Of a stretch of DNA of 64,000 nucleotides, positions 17,721 through 27,300 are shown in pieces (positions within the stretch are counted from its first letter, which is position 1; every line of letters begins with the position of its first letter). The DNA is taken from positions 192,771 through 256,770 of the forward strand of contig CAVZGV010000003.1 in the NCBI GenBank assembly GCA_963774955.1, given 5' to 3'. The notes under the pieces are model-generated. The model was not told the origin of the DNA and did not search any database. It worked only from the letters and a program-made list of their open reading frames with translations. The DNA is from Candidatus Falkowbacteria bacterium. GTDB taxonomy: Bacteria; Patescibacteriota; Patescibacteriia; CAIXNZ01. The position numbers were made by a program, and so were the translations under genes.

Positions 17721-19892
17721 ATGCATTTAGTATCAAAAATTTGTCTGATTATTGCGGCTTTTTTTGCCTTAAGCAGTATTGCCTGGGCCGGTTTTAATTA
17801 TGAATCTTTAAGTAATTCTTTTGTGATTGATTCGGTTTTTAAAAGCGGTGGTAATTATATCATGGTTGGTAATTCTCTGGATAATAGTTTGTATCCGGCT
17901 GGTGCTACTAAAGTTTCCGCTTTTTTCGGTGTGACTAATAATTTGATTTTTCTCAATCCGGAGGCCAAATTTTGTACTATTTCAAATTCTACCGACAATA
18001 CTTGTACTGGTTCTCGCCAGATTCAGAAAACCGACGGCGAATATATTTTCAAGACCAAATCGGTGTCCGTAAATAGCAGTAATGACTTTGGCCTTTATCC
18101 CAAGCCCGGTTCAGCCACTTTATTTTTGGAAGCTCAGACAATTGAAACACAATCAGATTTATATTTGAATCAGGGACGAAATTATGGCAGTTTGAATTTA
18201 TCAAATAATGCCAAGCCGCTGATTAATTCTATTTATGCACCCAGAGTTTCAGCCAATGAGCTTAGACTTTTCCCCGGTGCCAATCAATATATTAATATCA
18301 GCAGCGGAACTACTTTGAGCTTGATTTCCAGTATCAGGCCGCGCTATAAACGCACTATTACGATTCAAAATAATACCGGTCAGGTATTAACAGATGTTTC
18401 GGTGGCTATTAATTTACCTGCTGATATCCTGGTTGCTGATAAAATGAGGGCTGATGGCTGGGATTTGAGGTTTTTTGCCGATTCTAACCTAACCGTCCCG
18501 CTTGAATTTTTTATAGATATTATGCCTAAAATATGGGTCAAGCTTCCGACTACTATTTCCATACCTGCTGGTCAACCCGGGGATATCTATGTCACTTACG
18601 GCGGGAAGGTAACCACTAATCCAAGCAACCCTCCCGGGGTTTTTGGTACAATTTTAGGGGCGGATAATAACGCCGCTTTAGCCGTCAGTTATAATTTTGA
18701 TGAAGACGCCACTATTGCCGGAAATACTACTTTTGAAAGTTCACTGTTTGGTCCCTCAGCCGCGCTGAAAGATAATACTGCTTCCGCGCCTATGCGTGTC
18801 AGCGGTCGCGTTATCAACGGTATTAAAACTACCGGGACTCAAGTGGTAAGTCTTTCCCCCTGGGCAATACCGTTACAGAGTGAGTGGACTATTGAGACCT
18901 GGTTTATGACCCCGCTAAATACTCCGCTTCACGGTTATCAAATATTAGCCAGGGGATCCACTGATATTGTCATTGCCGCTAAAAGTTATGCTGGCGGATA
19001 TTTCTTGGGTACGATTCAAAATCCGGGTAATAATTTTAATCTTGGCTGGACCCCATGTGATACTAATTTAAGTTTGGCTGGTGATCAGGGCTTGAACCTT
19101 AAGAATACACAATATTTTACTGCTAATACTTGGCATCATTTGCTTGCAGTCGGTAAAGACGGCACCACAACTTTTTATATTGACGGAACACCAGCTATCG
19201 GCGGCAAAACTTGCGTTGCGGCTTTTCAATCAAGAAATAATGTTATCCACATGGGCAATTATGAAACCGGCGGTTTTTCCTGGGGTACTTTTGATGAATT
19301 CAGGGTCTACAATACTGCCTTAAATGAGGCACAGATTGATAAGCTGGCTGCAAATTGTGGTTTTACCACCTTAGCTTTCCCGGGTAAAGTTTTGGTCAGA
19401 AAATGTTTGACACCGGAACCGATTATAACTTGGGGTAGTACTGAAACTTGTTTGCAAGATTGCAACAATGAAGCTCTTCAAAGCAGTTTAGTTACCACTG
19501 CTCAGTCCATAACTTATTCAGTCGGTACACTTTCTAAGAATTTTTGCTATGTTGAAAGTCTAGACACGACAGGAACTGGCTCAAACGCCCTGAATTTTGT
19601 TAATTTTACGGCTACAACTGCTAATAAGACTGATAAAACTCGAGACGATCCTGCTGACACTTGTGGCGTCGGCGTCACTACCATTGGGGACTGTAAAATG
19701 ACCTCAGATAAAACTACTTGTGCCCGCAGAGCATGCTGCGCTTCTGGTTATTATGTTTTTGATTTTAATGCCAGTGCAAATAGTAACCAAACCATGGTTT
19801 GTTGCCGTTATAATAATGCAGCTCCTTGCTCAGTGAATACCGACTGTGCCTCCGGTCTTAAATGCGCCGATGGCTCATGTATTCCGACTTAA
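17721..19892 (+). CDS. Large secreted protein with a LamG/concanavalin-like domain and a Cys-rich C-terminus (723 aa)
   Basis: Signal peptide. WHHLLAVGKDGTTTFYIDG...FDEFRVYNTALNEAQIDKL is characteristic of laminin-G-like lectin folds. The C-terminal 100 aa carry many Cys. Confidence 0.55.
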   Translation: MHLVSKICLIIAAFFALSSIAWAGFNYESLSNSFVIDSVFKSGGNYIMVGNSLDNSLYPAGATKVSAFFGVTNNLIFLNPEAKFCTISNSTDNTCTGSRQIQKTDGEYIFKTKSVSVNSSNDFGLYPKPGSATLFLEAQTIETQSDLYLNQGRNYGSLNLSNNAKPLINSIYAPRVSANELRLFPGANQYINISSGTTLSLISSIRPRYKRTITIQNNTGQVLTDVSVAINLPADILVADKMRADGWDLRFFADSNLTVPLEFFIDIMPKIWVKLPTTISIPAGQPGDIYVTYGGKVTTNPSNPPGVFGTILGADNNAALAVSYNFDEDATIAGNTTFESSLFGPSAALKDNTASAPMRVSGRVINGIKTTGTQVVSLSPWAIPLQSEWTIETWFMTPLNTPLHGYQILARGSTDIVIAAKSYAGGYFLGTIQNPGNNFNLGWTPCDTNLSLAGDQGLNLKNTQYFTANTWHHLLAVGKDGTTTFYIDGTPAIGGKTCVAAFQSRNNVIHMGNYETGGFSWGTFDEFRVYNTALNEAQIDKLAANCGFTTLAFPGKVLVRKCLTPEPIITWGSTETCLQDCNNEALQSSLVTTAQSITYSVGTLSKNFCYVESLDTTGTGSNALNFVNFTATTANKTDKTRDDPADTCGVGVTTIGDCKMTSDKTTCARRACCASGYYVFDFNASANSNQTMVCCRYNNAAPCSVNTDCASGLKCADGSCIPT

Positions 19893-19926
19893 TTTCGTCA
19901 AGTTAAATTAATAATTTTTTAAATGA

Positions 19927-20400
19927 ATGGAAAATCCCCAGGGTTTTAAAAAGGAAATAAACGAGAAAGAAGGTGAGATAAAATTCACCATTAATACCAG
20001 GATTTATTCTTTAGCCGCTATTTATCAGGCAGCTTACTTTTTTTTAGATAAAGTTTATGTCTTTTTGGATGGTGATCCGAAAAAGGAAATTAAGGTTATG
20101 ATGAAAGTGAAAAGTGGGGAAGAAGGGTTGGTCAAAATTGCAGGGGAATTTTATAATGAACTTTTAAATCAGCTCTTGCGGGAAAAAGTCAGCTCAAGCA
20201 ATGCTAAAATCAGGGAGTATATTGTTTCTCAGGCGCTTTATAATGCCGTACCTAACGAGGTGGATGAATTATTAAAAGAGGTAGAAGAGGAAGATTGGCA
20301 GGAAGATCCTTTGGGGATAAGCAAGCCCTGGGAGGAAAAGAATGAGGAGGGAAAAAAGGGGAAGAAGGGTAAGGCGAGAAAGAAGGGAGGATCCAAGTAA
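19927..20400 (+). CDS. HxsD-like protein (His-Xaa-Ser system component)
   Basis: Contains FYNELLNQLLRE, close to the LLNDYxLRE signature that names the HxsD family. Lies adjacent to the HxsA-like peptide and radical SAM genes. Confidence 0.5.
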   Translation: MENPQGFKKEINEKEGEIKFTINTRIYSLAAIYQAAYFFLDKVYVFLDGDPKKEIKVMMKVKSGEEGLVKIAGEFYNELLNQLLREKVSSSNAKIREYIVSQALYNAVPNEVDELLKEVEEEDWQEDPLGISKPWEEKNEEGKKGKKGKARKKGGSK

Positions 20401-20401
20401 T

Positions 20402-20611
20402 ATGGAAATTATTAAGTTTAATAAGGATATTTACAATTTAAAAGCCATTGAAAAAGCCATTGAAGAATATAAAAAAATGGCTAATTTTACCGTAAAAGAG
20501 GTAGATGATTATTTTGAGGTCAGTCTTGATAAAATTGATCAGGAATTTCAGGGGGTAATTAAAAATGAGTTTGCTAATTATGTATCTGGGATTAATGAGC
20601 TAAAAGTATAA
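20402..20611 (+). CDS. Small protein (69 aa) resembling the N-terminal part of the preceding HxsD-like protein
   Basis: Good RBS (agaagggagga). Shares the pattern I-x-F-x-I...IY-x-L-x-AI with the upstream paralog. Confidence 0.4.
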   Translation: MEIIKFNKDIYNLKAIEKAIEEYKKMANFTVKEVDDYFEVSLDKIDQEFQGVIKNEFANYVSGINELKV

Positions 20612-20685
20612 GCACCAAATATCAAAAATCAAGTTCCAAGTAAATAACAATAAACAAATAACAAAGCAGAAACAAAAATAAAAAT

Positions 20686-21033
20686 ATGGAGAAAATTTAT
20701 GATTTAGAAGATCGCACCTTAAAGTTCGGCAAAGATATTATTCATTTATGCAAGGCTTTGCCAGAAAATACAATAAATTTCCGTTTGATTGATCAGCTTA
20801 TTCGTTCAGGCACTTCATCCGGAGTGAATTATCGTGAAGCGAACGAAACCGAGACTAAGAAGGATTTTAGGTTTAAGATCAGGATTTGTCTGCGGGAAGC
20901 TAGGGAAACTAAATATTGGCTGGAACTGCTGCAAGAGGCCAATTCTGAATTACAAGAAAAGATTGAATTTTTAATAATGGAAACCAAGGAATTAATTAAA
21001 ATATTCGCTACTATCCTGAGCAAAGCAAAATAG
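20686..21033 (+). CDS. Four-helix-bundle protein (the family found in 23S rRNA intervening sequences)
   Basis: IHLCKALPENTINFRLIDQLIRSGTSSGVNYREANETETKKDFRFKIRICLREARETKYWLELL matches the conserved core of that family. Confidence 0.75.
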   Translation: MEKIYDLEDRTLKFGKDIIHLCKALPENTINFRLIDQLIRSGTSSGVNYREANETETKKDFRFKIRICLREARETKYWLELLQEANSELQEKIEFLIMETKELIKIFATILSKAK

Positions 21034-21132
21034 TTTAAGTTTTAAATATATTGTAATTTATAATTTTTTTGAAGCTTGTAATTTGAGTCTTGGGATTTTT
21101 ATCAAAACATAATCAATAAAAATTAAGATAGC

Positions 21133-22635
21133 ATGTTGGATCTACAAACAATCAATAAATTTGACGATAAAAGCGTAGGTTATTTTCGCTTTAAGAAATT
21201 TGACGCTGATAATTATTTGCTGACCAATGAAGTGGGCCAGTATATTTTTCTTAAAGAAAAAGACTTTAAAGATTTTATTACCGGCCAGCTGAGTCCCAAG
21301 GCTAATGTTTATAAAGAGTTAAGGGCTAATTTGTTTATTAAGGATGAAGCGTATACCCCGACTCTAATTGAAAAATACCGGGCCAGAAACAGTTTTTTGA
21401 AATTTGGTCCGTCTTTGCATATTATAGTGGTAACTTTGCGCTGTAATCACAGCTGTATTTACTGCCATGCCAGCGCCGGCAACCAAACTGATAAGAGCCT
21501 AGATATGGATTTAGCTATGGCTAAAAAAATAGTTGATGTTATTTTCAAATCAACCAATAATGCGATTGCTATTGAGTTCCAGGGCGGAGAGCCGTTATTA
21601 AATTGGCCGGTGGTTAAATTTATTGTTCAATACGCCAATGAGAAAAATAAGCTGGAACAAAAGGATTTGCTCATCCGTTTAGTCTCAAATTTTAGCCTGT
21701 TGGATGAAGCTAAAATGAAGTTTTTTATTGATAACAAAGTTCATTTCTGCACGTCTTTGGACGGGGACGAGGAAACCCATAATTTTAACCGTAAGTATAG
21801 CTGTGGCAACAGTTTTGCTGAAGCCTCAAAGTGGATAAAAAGGATTAAGGCAGCATATGTAGGCAAATTTAAAGGCAAGAAAAAGGATTATTATAATGTT
21901 GGTGCGCTCATCACCATTACCAGAAAAACCCTAGGTAATTATAAAAAGGTGATTGACGCATATCTGGATTTGGGGATCCGTTCTATTTATTTAAGGTATT
22001 TGAATCCTTATGGTTTTGCCATGTCAGCCCAGGAAAATATCTGGTACACGCCTGAAGAATTTCTGGATTTTTATCAAAAGACATTAGATTACATTTTAGC
22101 CAAAAATAAAGAGGGAAAACTGTTTCTTGAAGCTACCGCTGTTACCTACTTAAGAAAAATTTTACTGCAGGAAGAACCTCATAACTTGGACATGCGTTCG
22201 CCCTGCGGAGCCGGTATTGGCCAAATGGCTTATAATTACAACGGTGATGTTTATACCTGTGATGAGGGCAGAATGATTTCGCGCATGGGCGATGAGATGT
22301 TTAAATTGGGGAATATCAATGAAAATTCTTTTGAGCAGCTGATCAATAATAATCTCTGCAAATCAATCTGTTTGGCTTCCTGCACAACCGGGTTACCCGG
22401 CCACAGTGATCAGGTTTATCAGCCATATTGGGGCACTTGTCCGGTGTATAATTATTCGCTTTACGGCAATATTTTCCCGCAGATGAAAAATAATTTCAAA
22501 TGGCAGATTGACGAGAAAATATTGGATTATATTTTCGTTAAATTACAGGATAAGAAAAACAGGGATATTTTTATGGAATGGGCCAAAAGGGCCAAGCCCC
22601 CGGTTGAGAGTAAATTTACAAAAAATAACGTTTAA
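21133..22635 (+). CDS. Radical SAM/SPASM peptide-maturase, HxsB/HxsC-like (500 aa)
   Basis: CNHSCIYC (CX3CX2C) after an about 100-aa N-terminal extension. GGEPLL. C-terminal Cys-rich SPASM-like region (SPCGAGIGQMAYNYNGDVYTCDEG...CKSICLASC). Confidence 0.7.
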   Translation: MLDLQTINKFDDKSVGYFRFKKFDADNYLLTNEVGQYIFLKEKDFKDFITGQLSPKANVYKELRANLFIKDEAYTPTLIEKYRARNSFLKFGPSLHIIVVTLRCNHSCIYCHASAGNQTDKSLDMDLAMAKKIVDVIFKSTNNAIAIEFQGGEPLLNWPVVKFIVQYANEKNKLEQKDLLIRLVSNFSLLDEAKMKFFIDNKVHFCTSLDGDEETHNFNRKYSCGNSFAEASKWIKRIKAAYVGKFKGKKKDYYNVGALITITRKTLGNYKKVIDAYLDLGIRSIYLRYLNPYGFAMSAQENIWYTPEEFLDFYQKTLDYILAKNKEGKLFLEATAVTYLRKILLQEEPHNLDMRSPCGAGIGQMAYNYNGDVYTCDEGRMISRMGDEMFKLGNINENSFEQLINNNLCKSICLASCTTGLPGHSDQVYQPYWGTCPVYNYSLYGNIFPQMKNNFKWQIDEKILDYIFVKLQDKKNRDIFMEWAKRAKPPVESKFTKNNV

Positions 22636-22649
22636 GGTATAATTAAGGC

Positions 22650-22785
22650 AACCCGCAAATATACAAATACGTTCACAAATAGTACAAATTGGAATAAACC
22701 CGCAAATATACAAATCCATTCACAAATTATACAAATTGGATGAAGATATTTGTGAGATTTGTACTAAGCTTTGTGTGTTTGTGGG
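22650..22785. repeat. About 136-bp palindromic repeat element, copy A (upstream of the GxxExxY gene)
   Basis: Two direct sub-repeats aacccgcaaatatacaaat..ttcacaaat..tacaaattgga, followed by an inverted copy tttgtgagatttgtactaag.tttgtgt.tttgtggg. About 85% identical to the copy at 23184-23320. Confidence 0.8.
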
Positions 22786-22797
22786 CGTATATAAAGT

Positions 22798-23184
22798 ATG
22801 GAAGACAAGGTTATTTATAAAGAGTTAAGCTATAAAATTGTCGGTATTTTATTTGATGTTTATAACGATCTTGGCTATGGGTATAAGGAGAAATATTATG
22901 AGAATGCGATTGAGCGTGAGTTGAGACTGGCAAGGCTCGGATATAAAAAACAAGTTCCCTTTAAATTGGTTTATAAAGAAGAAGTTATAGGCAAATTATT
23001 CGTTGATTTTATAATTGATGATAAGATTGTGCTGGAAATCAAAAAGGGCGATTATTTTAATAAGAGAAATATTGAGCAGGTAAAAGAATATTTAAAAATC
23101 AGCGGTAAAAAATTGGCAATATTGGCTAATTTTACATCTACCGGGGTGAAGTTTTTAAGGGTATTTAATTCCGATTACAAATAA
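22798..23184 (+). CDS. GxxExxY protein (PD-(D/E)XK-like selfish-element family), 128 aa
   Basis: GYGYKEKYYENAIE contains the G-x-x-E-x-x-Y signature. Bracketed by two copies of a palindromic repeat. Confidence 0.65.
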   Translation: MEDKVIYKELSYKIVGILFDVYNDLGYGYKEKYYENAIERELRLARLGYKKQVPFKLVYKEEVIGKLFVDFIIDDKIVLEIKKGDYFNKRNIEQVKEYLKISGKKLAILANFTSTGVKFLRVFNSDYK

Positions 23185-23320
23185 ACCCGTAAATTTACAA
23201 ATCATTTCACAAATAGTACAAATTGAAATATACCCGCAAATTTACAAATTAATTCACAAATCATACAAATTGGATGAAGATATTTGTGAGATTTGTACTA
23301 AGATTTGTGTTTTTTGTGGG
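23184..23320. repeat. About 136-bp palindromic repeat element, copy B (downstream of the GxxExxY gene)
   Basis: Same architecture as copy A. Supplies a spurious ATG that gives track ORF 23274 a 36-aa artefactual N-terminus. Confidence 0.8.
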
Positions 23321-23381
23321 AACCAGCTGCCGGGCAAGCCAAACGTTTTTAAATACACCTTACCAAATAATCAATAAAACA

Positions 23382-23768
23382 ATGAAGAATAGACTGCCAC
23401 AATTAAAGAAAAAATTCCAGGAATTCCTTAATGATGAAGAAGGTAAGATCACCAAAAAGGACATTATTATGCTGGGAATCGGCGTAACTGCTTTGGGTAT
23501 TTTGGCGGAAGAGGCAACTGCTGCTACTCCGGCATGCGGAAGCGGATATACTGCGGCAGGACCGACGGCAGTCGGTCATAATCGTCAGAATCAACTTATT
23601 GCTGGAGGGGCTAGTCATTTTGGGCATAATAATTTTATTCACAATGAAGGAACCCAGGGATCGCATTGTTCACATGGTTCTCATGGTTCACACGGGTCGC
23701 ATGGCAGTCACGGGTCACATGGCAGTCATGGGTCACATGGTCATCATAGTAGTGGCAACTCATGTTAA
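23382..23768 (+). CDS. HxsA-like precursor: N-terminal charged region, one TM helix, C-terminal (His-Gly-Ser)n tail
   Basis: C-terminus is GSHCSHGSHGSHGSHGSHGSHGSHGHHSSGNSC. Start set at ATG 23382, downstream of the repeat element. The DNA encoding the HGS repeats uses varied codons. Confidence 0.7.
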   Translation: MKNRLPQLKKKFQEFLNDEEGKITKKDIIMLGIGVTALGILAEEATAATPACGSGYTAAGPTAVGHNRQNQLIAGGASHFGHNNFIHNEGTQGSHCSHGSHGSHGSHGSHGSHGSHGSHGHHSSGNSC

Positions 23769-23778
23769 TTGATAGAGT

Positions 23779-24642
23779 ATGAATAATAGAATTTTTTTAA
23801 TTTTAATTGCAGTCATTGTCCTCCTATTCATTGGGGTAGGTGTTTTTTGGTTTTTGTATCAAGAACGAACTCCTTTACAGCCTAATTCAAATAAAACTGT
23901 TAATCAAAATATAAATGTAAATACTGACTATTGTTTAGCAAAAATAAAGGCCAATGAAGAGGACGCTTTTTCTATTTCTCGCAGGGAGTTTTATTCGGTT
24001 TTAAATTTTTATACTTTTTGTAAATATAATAATGATAAACAAAATATTATAGATAAATGTAAGAATTATTTCGGGGAGAGAAGAAGTAATTATTGTACGG
24101 ATAAATTCCCTTATTTAGTTATGCTTTATTATCTGAAGCTGGGACAAAAGATTGAATTTGTAAAAACATGCCAAGATTACACTTCGTTATCTCAAAATAA
24201 AAAAAATATAAGTTGTGATGAAATTTGGAATAAGGCCAATGATGCTAATTTAGAATTTTGTGATCAGGTGGATCGTTCCTGCGCCTACTTGGTTACCGAT
24301 TCTGAAAAAACATCATGTGCAAAAATTGTTAATTTGAGCACCCCAGTTGATAATATTCTAGATAATGATTGCCGCAATGAGATACAAATAAGAGCTGCCA
24401 CTTCTGCTCAAGATTGTTTGAGTATAAAGGATGATATTACCAAATTAATATGTTTGAGTGTTTATAGCAAAGACGCCTGTGACAGCGCCTTTGGTTTAAT
24501 AGACGAAAAGTGTCAAATTTTAGAGACAGGTAATTTGAAAAAATTTGAGGATAAATATTCATTAAATAACTGTTGTTATGAAAATGATCCTCAGCAAGGC
24601 GGGGAGGATGTCGGAGCCGTTTTATATGTCCAATTACAATAA
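23779..24642 (+). CDS. Membrane-anchored Cys-rich protein (287 aa, about 22 Cys)
   Basis: N-terminal TM anchor ILILIAVIVLLFIGVGVFWFL, then an extracytoplasmic domain with regularly spaced cysteines. Confidence 0.5.
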   Translation: MNNRIFLILIAVIVLLFIGVGVFWFLYQERTPLQPNSNKTVNQNINVNTDYCLAKIKANEEDAFSISRREFYSVLNFYTFCKYNNDKQNIIDKCKNYFGERRSNYCTDKFPYLVMLYYLKLGQKIEFVKTCQDYTSLSQNKKNISCDEIWNKANDANLEFCDQVDRSCAYLVTDSEKTSCAKIVNLSTPVDNILDNDCRNEIQIRAATSAQDCLSIKDDITKLICLSVYSKDACDSAFGLIDEKCQILETGNLKKFEDKYSLNNCCYENDPQQGGEDVGAVLYVQLQ

Positions 24643-24732
24643 GGGTGTTGATTATGCGGAAATAAAATAAATTTTTATTAGTCTGTTAATTATCAATCAC
24701 TATGGGGGTTCTAATAAATAGAATATGGAAGT

Positions 24733-25814
24733 ATGATGAAAGAAATTACTTTATATATTTCTTTAAATTCTAAATGCAATTTAGCTTGCCGATATTGCTA
24801 TATAAAAAAAAACCTTAAGGAACAATTAAATATTAGAAAGATTAAACAAAGAATAAGTTATTTTTTTAATAAAAATAACTTTTTGTTTATTAATTTTTGC
24901 GGTGGGGAACCATTAATGTCCTTTACGACAGTTAAAGAAACTTGTAACCTATATAGAAAGGGAGCAGAGAGCGTATGGATTTGGATGTGAATTAAGTATT
25001 ATAACCAATGGAACATTATTAGACGAAGAAAAAGTCTCTTATCTATTAAGCCATGACATTAAAATAATACTTAGTCTGGACGGTATTACGGCATCCTCAG
25101 ATATAAATAGGAAGTTTTTACATTCGAATAAGTCGGTTTCAGGTGAAATAATTAGCAGGCTGGAAAAATTAAATAAAAAAATCGGTTTTCTCCAAAATTC
25201 AAGATTTCAAAGGTTGTTTCACCGAATAATTTGAGGTATCTAAAAAGTGATTTGCTGTATTTTCAGGAATTGGGTATTACTGAATTGAGTTTAGGGATTG
25301 AAAGTTATCGACAATGGTCTGACTCAAGTATTAGATTATTTTGTGAAAAGATAGAGGAACTTTTTACGATTTATTTTGATTTATTAGAAAAACAAAAGGG
25401 AAAATATTTTTAAAGATTAATAATCTTGAACGCTTGATACATAATGAATTTCATTACTATTTTGATTGTGACCAAATTCGCTTAGATTGCGATGGTTCGC
25501 TTTTTTTATGTTTAAGTCATGTTTTCGATAAAAAATTTATGCGGCAGCAGCCCTTGAATCAGTCAGCAGATCTTTCTAAGGCCAAAATGTCATTATTAAA
25601 GAATAAATTACGTCAGCTGATTAATTTTGACGTTAATCTTAAAGAAAAATTGTTTTGTCCCGTCGATTTATTAGTATATTGTCAAATAAAGAAAATTGAT
25701 TTCGTAAGATGTATAAGATGTATGCCAGTTTACATCGATGTTTACGTCGATCAATGTCGGGCTGTATTTAAGGTGTTAAGTAAGAAGAAAAGATTTCGGA
25801 GTTGTATAATTTAA
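24733..25814 (+). pseudogene. Decayed radical SAM/SPASM gene (anSME-like), at least 3 frameshifts
   Basis: CNLACRYC plus GGEPL in frame 1. ITNGTLLDEE...LSLDG in a second frame. KISKVVSPNNLRYLKSDLLYFQELGITELSLG in a third. Cys-containing C-terminal fragment in a fourth. Confidence 0.75.
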
Positions 25815-25836
25815 ATTAAAATTTGGTATTAAATAA

Positions 25837-26923
25837 ATGTCTGATAAAGTTAATTTAATTTATAACGGGGGATATGGTTATCTTTTGGAAAAAGACGGCC
25901 AATTTCTGCCAATGGGTATTTTTCAGTTAATGTCCTATTTGAAGACAATGGGAATTGATCCTCTGTCAAGATTTTAAGCAAAGATCTATTGGCAGATGCT
26001 CACAGCAAAGATGTTATTTATAATTTTTTTGTTGAGAATAATGTCCGCAATTTGGAAAATTGGCAGAATAAACATATCGATAAAAACATCTTGAAAATTG
26101 GTAATCGACCAGTTATCACCAGTAAATGACAGTGCAAAATTTTGGGGCTTCAGTATCAGCTGTCTCGATGATGTTTTGCCAACTCTTTATGCTGTTTTGG
26201 CATTAAAAACTTTAGATAAGACAGCGGTAGTTATCATCGGCGGTGCTTACCTGAAATATTTAAATAAAGAGCTAATTATAGACAACCCAAATTTGATTGA
26301 TTTTTTAGTTGTTGGTGATGGTGAATATGCTCTGACTGAAATATTAATTAACAATGGGGATAAGGATAAATTGATCGCTACTGATAATTTGGTTTTTTAT
26401 AAAGATGGAAAATTGATAATTAATCCCGTTAAATATATTAATTTTAATGACATTAAATTGCCGGATTACGAGATCGTAAAGGCAGATGAAGAGATCTATT
26501 ATAATTTTTCCAGGGGTTGCGGCGGCCAGTGCATGTTTTGCACGTCGAAAGATAAGTTGCAGTTTAAAAATTATACTACAATTTGTAGCGAACTGGATCT
26601 CTTTAATTTCTAAATATAATCCGAGCAGGATTTATTTTATTGATTGCAGTGCCAATAACAACGCCCAGTTATTTATTAAAATTTTGGAATATTTACACGG
26701 GCGAACGGGAGATTTTGAGGCAATATTTTGGGTTGATTTTTTCAATTTTCCGGATAGTTTAATCCAGGCAATTAATGATTATACCACGGATAAAAAAATA
26801 AACTTAAAGTTCGGTCTAGAAAGCGGTGATAAAAAAATGCGTGATTTTTTGAATAAACCACGATTTACTAATGATGCAGCAATTGATATTGTGAAGAAAC
26901 TTAAGAACAGGTTAATAATTTAA
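25837..26923 (+). pseudogene. Decayed B12-binding-domain radical SAM gene (multiple frameshifts and stops)
   Basis: Cobalamin-binding-like VVIIGGAYLKYL...DFLVVGDGE. RGCGGQCMFC (CX3CX2C). Continues in another frame (SRIYFIDC...KFGLESG). The N-terminal part is also broken. Confidence 0.7.
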
Positions 26924-27300
26924 AAATAAATCTTAAATATTATTGTCAGTATTCCCTATGAAGATAAATTTAGTTTCTTAAAAACCTTAAAATTAATTTT
27001 ATATTTGAAGGATTATTGTTACCGGGTACCCATTACGATTTTTCATCTGACTCCTGAGAGTGCACTGTTCTGAAGAATCCAGATAAGTATAAGATTAGGT
27101 TACGTGACCGTTCAGTAAATAAATATAATTACTTTTTTTGTTACGATGAAATTGACGGCTTTAAAATGGGAGGATATTGAGCGAAGAAATTATAAGTATT
27201 TTGAGCATATTGTTTCTTATTTGAATAAGGCTAAAATTAGTTGGTGAAAATATATGGATGATATTTTAAATGTTCACTTTAAAGCGTCTATTGGAATTTA

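Noticed and set aside
23274-23381. N-terminal 36 aa of track ORF 23274 (MKIFVRFVLRFVFFVGTSCRASQTF...)
   Set aside because: Encoded by the palindromic repeat element (copy B). The real HxsA-like gene most plausibly starts at ATG 23382.
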